The notes under the pieces: generated by a model | Database searches by the model: none | What the model was told of the DNA's origin: nothing | The model's input: the letters and a program-made list of their open reading frames with translations, nothing else | Shown: one piece after another, positions 11,770 to 20,663 of the stretch | Numbering within the stretch: the first letter of the stretch is position 1 | Layout of the letters: every line of letters starts with the position of its first letter | Assembly (NCBI GenBank): GCA_012862495.1 | Contig: BLSG01000423.1 | Coordinates: 48,088 to 81,018 of the forward strand | DNA length: 32,931 bases | Reading direction: 5' to 3' | Source: Thraustochytrium aureum | Lineage: Eukaryota | Translations under genes and position numbers: made by a program

Positions 11770-12089
11770 TGAGAATTGCAGTACTATACAACGTGTCAAA
11801 TTCTAAAATTGTTGGTTGCGTTTGCGGGCTGTAATCCGGACGTCCTTTGAGACCCAGCCTGGGACAAGTGTTGCGCAAGCAATACCAGCCGTGTCCTGTG
11901 GTGCGGGCACAGGCAAAAGAAAACCATAGTGCCAGACGCATCTCAAGGTCAAGGCACGGTGCCTGCTGTAGAGCGACTGGCCACGCGACGTCATCAATCG
12001 CGGACACTGCAAAGCTGAGTAAGGCAAAAAAGTCAATCTTTCAATCATCACAAGCCCAGACCAGACCCCTCGCTGGCCCCATCCGACCT

Positions 12090-12296
12090 TGATCAAAAGA
12101 GGTTGTACCTCTTTTGATCCAGCGTCTGCTTCCAGTAAGGGAGCTCCAAGAACTCCTCCTTGCTCATCCCGAACAGCTCCACGAAGTCTTGGTGATCAAA
12201 AGAGGTTGTACCTCTTCTTCTCAAGCGTCTGCTTCCAGTAAGGGAGCTCCAAGAACTCCTCCTTGCTCATCCCGAAGAGCTCCACAAAGTCTTGGT
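12090..12296. repeat. 103-nt tandem duplication of the last 32 codons plus stop of the villin-headpiece gene
   Basis: tgatcaaaagaggttgtacctctt...aagtcttggt occurs at 12090 and 12193 with 6 substitutions. Confidence 0.95.
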
Positions 12297-13698
12297 CGTG
12301 CAGGTACATCTCGCGCTGGGACGGGTCGACGCCGGCGGGTGGAGGGTTGACCTGCACCTCCTCAACGGTGTAAAACTTGGCTTTTCTGTAAGCGTGCGCT
12401 TTCGAGCTGCTCCGCTTCTTGGAGGACGCCACGCTTGGCGCGCGGTGCCTCGAGCTCGTGGAGGAGCGCGCGCTCGCACTAGCCGAGGGGGCCCGGGTTC
12501 GCTGCGAGTGGCTCCCGGTCGCAGATGCCGACGAGGACGCCGTCGCGACCCCACGCTTGTGCAAGGACGAGCTGCGCTTGTGCACAGACGCAGTGCGCTT
12601 TTTGGCGTGCTGCGAGGAGACTGACGCACCAGATGAGGGCAGTGCTTTGGACCGTGACTTGGAGGTCACGGACGAGGAGACGGACGGGGCCGGGGCCGGG
12701 GCTGGGGCAGACGCAGAGCCCGCCCCACCGGCGCCTTGTGCAGTCCGAATGAGTTGGGCAGCAAGCTTGGCGTCCTGGTTGGACGAGTCTATGCGCAATA
12801 GCGCCTTGAACTGCTTGAGTGCGTCCTCAAAGTTGCCCTCTTTCATGTACACGAGCCCCAGGTTGTACAGATTTTCAACGTGGTTGGGGTTGAGTTCCTT
12901 GGCTTTGACGAGGAACGGGAGCGCGAGGTCGTAGCAGCGCTCCTTTGAATGCAGCACGCCGAGAGCCGCGTTGGTGGGGAAATAGTTTGGGTCGAGCTTG
13001 AGGGCGCGGCCGAAAACCGTTTTGGCCTTGGAGGGGTTGTTTTGCCGCACATGTAGGATGCCCAGGTTGTGCAGCGCAAGAGTCGTCTCGTGCTTTTGCA
13101 CGGAGCGGGTGTAGAGGTCNNNNNNNNNNNNNNNNNNNNNNNNNNNNNNNNNNNNNNNNNNNNNNNNNNNNNNNNNNNNNNNNNNNNNNNNNNNNNNNNN
13201 NNNNNNNNNNNNNNNNNNNNNNNNNNNNNNNNNNNNNNNNNNNNNNNNNNNNNNNNNNNNNNNNNNNNNNNNNNNNNNNNNNNNNNNNNNNNNNNNNNNN
13301 NNNNNNNNNNNNNNNNNNNNNNNNNNNNNNNNNNNNNNNNNNNNNNNNNNNNNNNNNNNNNNNGACTTGCCGCAGTGAGACGCATAAAAGTATGGCGCAT
13401 ACTCTAGCGTCTTTTCGAAGCATTCGAGCGCTTTGTCGAACTGTTTGGCGGCTGCGAATGCAACGCCCATGTTGTGCATGGACTCGTAGTGCTCGGGGTT
13501 TAGCTCGAGCGCCTTGCGAAAGCACTTGATGGCTTCCTTGATGTTGTTGGTATTCATGAGGGCCGCTCCGCGGTTCGAGTAGGCAACAAAGAGCTGGTCT
13601 TCTGGGAGCTCCTTGATCGCCTTTGTGTACTCTCCGATCGCCTCATCGAACTGCCTGTGGATGAAGGCCTGCTTGGCGCGCTCGATCCGTTCCGCCAT
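12196..13698 (-). CDS. TPR-repeat protein with Ser/Ala/basic linker and C-terminal villin headpiece domain; spans gap 13120-13363
   Basis: Multiple TPRs (AYSNRGAALM..AIKCFRKALELNP; NLYNLGLVYMKEGNFEDALKQFKALLRIDS). C-terminus PAGVDPSQREMYLHDQDFVELFGMSKEEFLELPYWKQTLEKKRYNLF* is a canonical VHP. Confidence 0.9.
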   Translation of the reverse strand: MAERIERAKQAFIHRQFDEAIGEYTKAIKELPEDQLFVAYSNRGAALMNTNNIKEAIKCFRKALELNPEHYESMHNMGVAFAAAKQFDKALECFEKTLEYAPYFYASHCGKXXXXXXXXXXXXXXXXXXXXXXXXXXXXXXXXXXXXXXXXXXXXXXXXXXXXXXXXXXXXXXXXXXXXXXXXXXXXXXXXXXDLYTRSVQKHETTLALHNLGILHVRQNNPSKAKTVFGRALKLDPNYFPTNAALGVLHSKERCYDLALPFLVKAKELNPNHVENLYNLGLVYMKEGNFEDALKQFKALLRIDSSNQDAKLAAQLIRTAQGAGGAGSASAPAPAPAPSVSSSVTSKSRSKALPSSGASVSSQHAKKRTASVHKRSSSLHKRGVATASSSASATGSHSQRTRAPSASASARSSTSSRHRAPSVASSKKRSSSKAHAYRKAKFYTVEEVQVNPPPAGVDPSQREMYLHDQDFVELFGMSKEEFLELPYWKQTLEKKRYNLF

Positions 13699-14049
13699 CC
13701 TGCTGCCAGGCGCAGACTAGGCCAAAGGCACGTCGCTCTCCCGCTCCGCCGCGGTCTTCCGCCGCCCGCGCTTCGGCCAGCCCCGACTGGTCCCAGAGCG
13801 CGGCTGCCGCTGCGCGTCCGCAGGCGCGGCACGCGCACGAATCAGCCCTTGCAGACAGACACACACGGAAATGCAACCAAAGTCCGCAAAATGCGCAAGC
13901 GCGCGAGCAATACGGAGAGGACGGCGCCCGGGCAGCCAGGGGCGCGAGCCAACCGGTCGGCGTCCAGCCGCGCTCGCAACGCGCCAAAGCGAACTGCTCC
14001 AGAGCGGAGCACGCCCGCCGCCGCCGCTTTGGTAGTTGGGTTGTTGTGC

Positions 14050-14155
14050 GCGGCCGACCTAACAGAGCGGGTTAGGTCGCCGCACCCTAGCGCGCCCTAA
14101 CCAAACCTAGCGCACCCTAGGCCGACCTAACCGATTCAGCGCCGACCTAACCGAT
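14050..14155. repeat. Cluster of 10-nt-periodic CCTAR units with three GCCGACCTAAC copies and one inverted copy, in the divergent intergenic region
   Basis: cgacctaac (14055-14063) is inverted as gttaggtcg (14071-14079). It is followed by cgcaccctag cgcgccctaa ccaaacctag cgcaccctag gccgacctaa ccgattcagc gccgacctaa. Confidence 0.7.
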
Positions 14156-14568
14156 GGTTTGTCTGCGCGCTGGTTGAGGGAGTCTGTTCGGTTGTGGTGA
14201 TGAGGGAGGGCGCGGCTGCGGCCCAGCTGCGGGCGACCGCATGGCATCAGCAGCAGACAGCCGCAGCAACAACAAGAGCCCCCGCGCGAGAGGCTACTAC
14301 TGATACCGGTAGAGTACCTACTTATACTCTACGTGTCTGCTTGTGACTTGTGATGATGTGATGAACGCGGGTGGCCGGGCACAGCCAGGTTTGCCCGCTG
14401 CTCTTTCTTTCTTGCACAAGTCCGAGTCCATGCATGCGCTGTTGGCGCGGCAGAAGTGCAACAACATCCAGCAGGGGCGCGGCTTGGCGAAGAGCGAGCG
14501 ACCTGCAGAGGAACCCGGCCCGTGCGCCCGCGAGCTCTGCTATCGAGAGAGCCCTTGAGGAGCGAGAG

Positions 14569-15756
14569 ATGTTGCCGAGCGACGCGCAGAGCGAGGGAGC
14601 GGCAGCTGCGCCTGCAAACGCGGACGACGAGCGACTGCCAGGAAGCGACAGCGAGATGAAGCCAGCGGACGGCCAACCTGATGGCGCCGCAAAGGCCAAG
14701 CGCCGCCGTAGACTCAAGCAGGCGGCCTGCTGCGGCGGCCTGCTGGCCGCGGTCACGATTGTGGTCTTGCTGGTGGTCTTCCTGGTTGTGCTGCGCAACG
14801 ACCCGCAAGACCCCAACACGATCGTATACATCGGGAACGGGCTCTTTGCGGCCACCCTTGGTGCGCGAGGCGTGGGCGTATTTCGCAGCGATGGAACGGA
14901 GGTGCGGAGCGGGCCCGTGGACGGGTTGAAAGGCGCCGACTGCATCTCCACAAGCGGGCCGTGGCTGGTTGTGATGGACTTTGTCGGCGAGGAGATCGCC
15001 GTCCTTGACGCCGGCACGCTCGAGCTGGTGGACGCGCAATCAGCGCCCCAGCGCACGTTCTCGGGCCTCGCGGGCAGACCTAGCCAAGCCGTCGTCTCCG
15101 GCGGGACCAAGTCGCTCACTTCCTGGTCGGTCCAGCAGGAAACAGGCACGCTCGTCCGGGAGGGAAGCGTCGACCTCGGGCGCGGCCAGCCGGACGTCTC
15201 CCTCGACGATTCCCGGCCGGTCGCCTATGTGAGTACCGACTTTACCGGCCAAGTGGACGGTTCCCGGTTTGGCATCACAATCCTGGACGTCTCGCCTGGC
15301 GCCAACTTGGCGCAGCTAGCCCAGTTTGGCGTCACCGACGACGACAACCTGATCCCAGACTCTCGAGCGTTTTCTCCCTTTTTCGCGCTGCGCACCGCAA
15401 GCCTGGACGGCGTCCTCGCTGTTGCCTCGCTGGACGCGCTGACGCTTTTCAGCGTGGCTCAGCCCAGCTCGCCGCAGCGGTTGGCCCGCTTCGAAGCGGG
15501 CGACCTCGGCTTTGCGCCTCGTGATGTCGCCTTCGACAGCTCGAGCGGCTTGCTCTTCGCAGTCGGACCGCGTTCCCGGCCGGACCTGGACAGCAGCGTC
15601 CAGGTCCAGGCCTTCAACGTGACGAGTCGAGCCCCTCTCGCTTCGGTCAGGGCTGAAGGTTTTGCGAGCGGCCTGGCCGCCGGCGGCGGTGTCGTGGCTC
15701 TCGCCTCGCGGTCTGGCGCCCCGCTGTTCTTTGCGGCCTCGAGCTTTTCCAGTTGA
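14569..15756 (+). CDS. Type II membrane protein with extracytoplasmic beta-propeller (LVIVD/YVTN-like)
   Basis: Likely ATG 14569 in ORF 14371-15756. Basic KAKRRRRLK precedes a TM helix (LLAAVTIVVLLVVFLVVL). Repeated beta-blade patterns follow (IAVLDAGTLELV, GITILDVS, LTLFSVAQPSSPQRL, PRDVAFDSSSGLLFAV). Confidence 0.75.
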   Translation: MLPSDAQSEGAAAAPANADDERLPGSDSEMKPADGQPDGAAKAKRRRRLKQAACCGGLLAAVTIVVLLVVFLVVLRNDPQDPNTIVYIGNGLFAATLGARGVGVFRSDGTEVRSGPVDGLKGADCISTSGPWLVVMDFVGEEIAVLDAGTLELVDAQSAPQRTFSGLAGRPSQAVVSGGTKSLTSWSVQQETGTLVREGSVDLGRGQPDVSLDDSRPVAYVSTDFTGQVDGSRFGITILDVSPGANLAQLAQFGVTDDDNLIPDSRAFSPFFALRTASLDGVLAVASLDALTLFSVAQPSSPQRLARFEAGDLGFAPRDVAFDSSSGLLFAVGPRSRPDLDSSVQVQAFNVTSRAPLASVRAEGFASGLAAGGGVVALASRSGAPLFFAASSFSS

Positions 15757-16955
15757 AGCGGGCCCGGGCGCGGCCCGTTTCCGGGTGCTCGTCCAGCGAG
15801 GTCGCCAGCGTCCGAGTCGAAGGCCGGCGTCCGCCAACAGCTCAGGACGCGATGTGGCCAGCGCGAGGCGATGCCAGCGGTTTGCCTCCAGCACCGATGC
15901 GCGAACGTGCGCTACGCGAGGGCCATCGGTCCGCGGGGTCGTTCGCCAAGCCGCATCGAAAGCATGCAACCAACTCGTCGTCGGACAGCCCAAATCACGG
16001 TCGTGTACTGTACTAGTAGGTAGTGNNNNNNNNNNNNNNNNNNNNNNNNNNNNNNNNNNNNNNNNNNNNNNNNNNNNNNNNNNNNNNNNNNNNNNNNNNN
16101 NNNNNNNNNNNNNNNNNNNNNNNNNNNNNNNNNNNNNNNNNNNNNNNNNNNNNNNNNNNNNNNNNNNNNNNNNNNNNNNNNNNNNNNNNNNNNNNNNNNN
16201 NNNNNNNNNNNNNNNNNNNNNNNNNNNNNNNNNNNNNNNNNNNNNNNNNNNNNNNNNNNNNNNNNNNNNNNNNNNNNNNNNNNNNNNNNNNNNNNNNNNN
16301 NNNNNNNNNNNNNNNNNNNNNNNNNNNNNNNNNNNNNNNNNNNNNNNNNNNNNNNNNNNNNNNNNNNNNNNNNNNNNNNNNNNNNNNNNNNNNNNNNNNN
16401 NNNNNNNNNNNNNNNNNNNNNNNNNNNNNNNNNNNNNNNNNNNNNNNNNNNNNNNNNNNNNNNNNNNNNNNNNNNNNNNNNNNNNNNNNNNNNNNNNNNN
16501 NNNNNNNNNNNNNNNNNNNNNNNNNNNNNNNNNNNNNNNNNNNNNNNNNNNNNNNNNNNNNNNNNNNNNNNNNNNNNNNNNNNNNNNNNNNNNNNNNNNN
16601 NNNNNNNNNNNNNNNNNNNNNNNNNNNNNNNNNNNNNNNNNNNNNNNNNNNNNNNNNNNNNNNNNNNNNNNNNNNNNNNNNNNNNNNNNNNNNNNNNNNN
16701 NNNNNNNNNNNNNNNNNNNNNNNNNNNNNNNNNNNNNNNNNNNNNNNNNNNNNNNNNNNNNNNNNNNNNNNNNNNNNNNNNNNNNNNNNNNNNNNNNNNN
16801 NNNNNNNNNNNNNNNNNNNNNNNNNNNNNNNNNNNNNNNNNNNNNNNNNNNNNNNNNNNNNNNNNNNNNNNNNNNNNNNNNNNNNNNNNNNNNNNNNNNN
16901 NNNNNNNNNNNNNNNNNNNNNNNNNNNNNNNNNNNNNNNNNNNNNNNNNNNNNNN

Positions 16956-17000
16956 TCCATCCATCCATCCATCCGTCCGTCCGTCTATCCATCCATCCAT
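16956..17000. repeat. (CCAT/CCGT)n microsatellite bordering gap 16026-16955
   Basis: tccatccatccatccatccgtccgtccgtctatccatccatccat seen directly. Confidence 0.85.
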
Positions 17001-17228
17001 TCCTCGCTCCTAATTGGCAAAATCGGTTCGGGGGAAAACACATAGAAGGCTGGCCGAGTAATGCTTGCGCTTCGCAGCGGCCTCATCGCTCTCTCTCTCT
17101 ATCTCTCGTAGAGAGCTAGACCAAGAGACCTCGCCCGGAGGCACGTCGACATCAACTTGGACGGGCGAGGAGAGCGCAGCTCGATTCCCCAAGGGCCAGC
17201 GCCTCCCTTCCGCCTGGACGCCGAGCAC

Positions 17229-18475
17229 TCACAAGGTGACATCGTCGTAGCCAAAGGTCTGCGCGAGCGCAGCGAGTTCGCGCACGAGGTCGCGCGGCAA
17301 GTCCGAGTCGCGAAAGTCCGCCTCCCAAGTCAGCGTGAGCTTCCCGGTGTTGACGCGGTTGACCCTGCCATGGGCCGTGGACCGTGACAGCTCCTGCTTT
17401 TCGCCGGTCTTGCACGCGGCTACAGCGCGGCGCACCGTTGCCGGGTAGGCGCCAGAAGCGGCATCAAAAAAGCCAGCCAACTCGGCCACCTCGCACGCTG
17501 CAGAGTCTTCGACGCGATACCACTTGAGCCCGGTCACGTTGGCGCTCATGATCTGACGGTTGAATTCGACCCAATAGCGAGAGAACACCTCGACGCAGCC
17601 ATGCTGCAGCGCGGCCCACTCGACTGTGGGGAGAAAGGCCCGCAGCACCGCGAGTTTGTCTGGGTGCGGCAGCACGCCAGCCGCGGTGCTCGTGCAGTAC
17701 TTGACCACAAGGGAGGCAACTGTGTGCACGGGATGGCGAACCTGCAAGAGATTGCGACGAAAAGGCGGCCGCGAGCACCCTCCAGGCAACCTGTGGCAGC
17801 CGTACTGCTGGCCCAGCACTTTGAGGCACTCGAGCTCCCAGCACCTGTCCCACATGACGCGGTACGAGCACGCCTCGCTTGGCTCGAACAGGGTCGAGTG
17901 GAGGAGGTGCGGTCGTGGCTTGGAGCAGAGCTCTGCGAGCCTCTCGGCAGCGGCCGGAAGCGGACCTGGGTCGAGGAAACGGATTGCATAGGGCCACCCG
18001 ATTGTCCCGTCCCGGCTAAAGTCCCACACCGAGTCGGAGGACTCGTGCGCGATCTCGATTCCCAGGCGATTGAGCTGCGCTGCCATCTGCGAGGTCCCCG
18101 AGCTCTGCGAGCCAACAATCAGGACGTGGCGCGCGTCGTCCATCGTCACCACAGGCGCTCAAGCCCGCTCTGCAGCCGCAGCAGCAAGTAGGCCAAGTAC
18201 GCAGCATACGGCAACAGTACGATCGCCGCAAGCAGCGCAACGTTCCCCGCGACGACCGCCGGCTCCTCCGACAAGGCGCGCGCCTTGAGCGCGGCGGCCC
18301 AGCCGAGTCGTCGTCCGTCCTGTTTCGCATCGCGACGCCCAGCAGCCTGGGCGCCGCCAGCCGATCCGTCGACGGCCGGGCCACCAACCGAGCGAGCATC
18401 GACCGGGCCATCGACCGAGCGAGCATCGACCGCGCCATCGGCTTTCGCGCCGCGGCGCTGCTTGGCACGTCCCAT
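17229..18475 (-). CDS. Sulfotransferase-like protein with N-terminal signal anchor (type II, Golgi-like); frameshift at ~18154
   Basis: ORF 18146-18475 gives a cytosolic tail and TM helix (VALLAAIVLLPYAAYLAYLLL). One extra C in gag-cgc-(c)ct-gtg joins it to ORF 17229-18152. That ORF has a 5'-PSB-like VLIVGSQSSGTS, a 3'-PB-like LLQVRHPVHTVASL, YWVEFN and WYRVED. Confidence 0.65.
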
Positions 18476-18552
18476 CGCTCGAGGCGCTCGGCCTTTTCCA
18501 CCTCGTCAAACTGACTGCGTGAGCGACCTGCGAGTACAAACGCCGAGCTTGA

Positions 18553-19075
18553 CCCTCGTGCGCCAGACCCTTGTGCGCCAGACGCACCCGAGCACCGGCA
18601 CTGGCCAGGCCGCGCAGGAAAGCGGCTCGCAGTGGTACGTACCGTAGCAGGGCCAGAGCGCAGTTTGCTCTGGTCCGCGATGATGATCATGCGCCAACTG
18701 GAGTGCACAAGACTGGCAAAAAAGACGAAGAAAAAGAAGAAGAAAAACAAGTCCTCGTGCGCCAGACGCACTCGAGCACCGGCACTGGCCAGGCCGCGCA
18801 GGAAAGCGGTTCGCAGTGGTAAGTAGAGTACCGTAGCAGCGCCAGAGCGCANNNNNNNNNNNNNNNNNNNNNNNNNNNNNNNNNNNNNNNNNNNNNNNNN
18901 NNNNNNNNNNNNNNNNNNNNNNNNNNNNNNNNNNNNNNNNNNNNNNNNNNNNNNNNNNNNNNNNNNNNNNNNNNNNNNNNNNNNNNNNNNNNNNNNNNGT
19001 TGCTCTGGCCCGTGATGATGATCATCGCCAGCCGGAGTGCGCGAAAAGACGCAGAAAAAAAGGAATAAAAAGAAG
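18553..19075. repeat. ~184-nt tandem repeat (at least 2 units, gap 18852-18998 inside) forming the 3' flank of tRNA-Tyr
   Basis: gtgcgccagacgcac..gagcaccggcactggccaggccgcgcaggaaagcgg occurs at 18573 and 18757. tgctctgg..tgatgatcat..ggagtgc followed by an A-rich tract occurs at ~18666 and ~19001. Confidence 0.85.
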
Positions 19076-19076
19076 C

Positions 19077-19169
19077 TCCGCCGACCCGGAATCGAACCAG
19101 GGACCAGTGGAATCTCGCATGACGCGTAAACGCTACAATCCAACGCTCTACCAACTGAGCTATCGGCGG
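19077..19169 (-). tRNA. tRNA-Tyr(GTA) with 20-nt intron (19113-19132)
   Basis: CCGCCGA TA GCTC AGTTGGTA GAGC G TTGGA TT GTA G [CGTTTACGCGTCATGCGAGA] T TCCAC TGGTC CCTGG TTCGATT CCGGG TCGGCGG A. Gives a 73-nt mature cloverleaf with the intron at canonical position 37/38 and T-runs downstream. Confidence 0.95.
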
Positions 19170-19375
19170 ATCTCTTTACCACATGGCGGCGGACAGCGAA
19201 AAGCGGCACCTACATAAGGGTTTTTAATCGGAATGCTTGTGTTTGTTCGGCCGATGCAGAGCGAACCGGAGCGAAGGAGGCGGTTGCGGCGCGGCAGTGC
19301 GCCAAGGCGGCAGTGCAGGCGCGCGCGATCGGGTTGCAGGAGGAGTCGCGCGCGATAGCGGTGTGCAGGCAGAGG

Positions 19376-20308
19376 ATGGCGCCGTCGACGCCGGAGAGCG
19401 TGATCGTCCACCCGCTCGTGCTGCTGAGCGTGGTGGACCACTATAACAGGGTCGCGAAGGACACGAAGAAGCGCGTGGTGGGCGTGCTGCTGGGCGAGTC
19501 GTTCAAGGGACGCGTCGACGTGAGCAACTCGTTCGCCGTGCCGTTCGAAGAGGATGCCAAGGACCCAAGCATCTGGTTTTTGGACCACTCGTTCCTGGAG
19601 AGCATGTTTCACATGTTCAAAAAGGTAAACGCCAAGGAGCGCATCGTCGGGTTTTACTCGACCGGGCCCAAGATCAGGGCCAACGACCTCGAGATCGACC
19701 TCCTGTTTCGCCGCTACTGCACCAACCCGGTGTTTGTCATCGTCGACGTTCGCCCAGAGGTGCAGGGCGTGCCGACGCAAGCGTACTTTTCGGTGGAAGA
19801 GGTGGACGACTCGAAGGAGACCTGCCGCACGTTTAAGCACATCGACTCGCTGGTGGAGGCCTACGAAGCGGAGGAGGTTGGTGTGGAGCACTTGCTGCGC
19901 GACATCAACGACCCGACGGTGAGCACGCTGGCTTCCCGGGTGCAGCACAAGATGTCGGGTCTGCGCGGGCTCAAAGCGCGGCTGGAGGAGATGCACGCCT
20001 ACCTGGACGCTGTGGTGAAAGGCGAGCTCCCGGTGAACAACCAGATCATCTACAACATGCAGGACATCTTCAACCTGCTGCCAAACCTCAACGTCGAGAC
20101 GCTCGTCAAGTCCTACTTTGTCAAGACGAACGACATGCACCTGGTCGTGTACCTCTCGTCGCTGATCCGCTCAGTGGTGGCGCTGCACAATCTGCTCAAC
20201 AACAAGCTCAAGTACAAAGACTATGAGGACAAGAAGACGATCACGGCTGCGCCCACGGCCAAGTCCGAGGAGGCCAAGGCCGAGGCCGCAAAAGCTGCCT
20301 CCGCCTAA
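19376..20308 (+). CDS. RPN8: 26S proteasome regulatory subunit RPN8/PSMD7 (MPN domain)
   Basis: [97 protein letters not shown]. Intact and intron-less. Confidence 0.98.
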   Translation: MAPSTPESVIVHPLVLLSVVDHYNRVAKDTKKRVVGVLLGESFKGRVDVSNSFAVPFEEDAKDPSIWFLDHSFLESMFHMFKKVNAKERIVGFYSTGPKIRANDLEIDLLFRRYCTNPVFVIVDVRPEVQGVPTQAYFSVEEVDDSKETCRTFKHIDSLVEAYEAEEVGVEHLLRDINDPTVSTLASRVQHKMSGLRGLKARLEEMHAYLDAVVKGELPVNNQIIYNMQDIFNLLPNLNVETLVKSYFVKTNDMHLVVYLSSLIRSVVALHNLLNNKLKYKDYEDKKTITAAPTAKSEEAKAEAAKAASA

Positions 20309-20581
20309 AGCCGCCTCCGGCCTTTGCGCAGGCGCTAGTCTGAGAACGCGGGCGATCGGTGTCGCGACTTGTTTGCTAGGGACGCCATGGAGCGAGAGGG
20401 AAAGGAAAAAACACGGGAAATGGACATGGCGAGTTTACCTTGCAAGCCGCTTTCGGCGGGATGGGTGCTGGGGTCTGCGGCCCCAGTGGCCGCAGCCGCC
20501 GGCCCGGCAAATGCGCCGCGGCGCAAGTTGCGGCCGCTCGCCTCGCACGGTGGGAAATCGCTCCTCTGCTCGGCCGCGCTG

Positions 20582-20663
20582 CTCTGTAGCGGTCCATCTT
20601 GGTCAGCTCAGGCGCCTTAATCTCTCTAGCGGTCCATCTTGGTCAGCTCAGGCGCCTTAATCT
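20582..20663. repeat. 40-nt tandem duplication covering the C-terminal codons and stop of the adjacent minus-strand gene
   Basis: ctct(g/c)tagcggtccatcttggtcagctcaggcgccttaatct occurs twice. The single difference is TAG versus TAC on the minus strand. Confidence 0.95.

Noticed and set aside
18676..19025. RTGATGA (C-box-like) motifs in the tRNA-flank repeats suggesting C/D snoRNAs
   Set aside because: No properly placed CTGA D box or terminal stem downstream.
18553..19075. CRISPR-like repeat array
   Set aside because: Units are ~184-nt full-length tandem copies without unique spacers, in a eukaryotic context with no cas genes.
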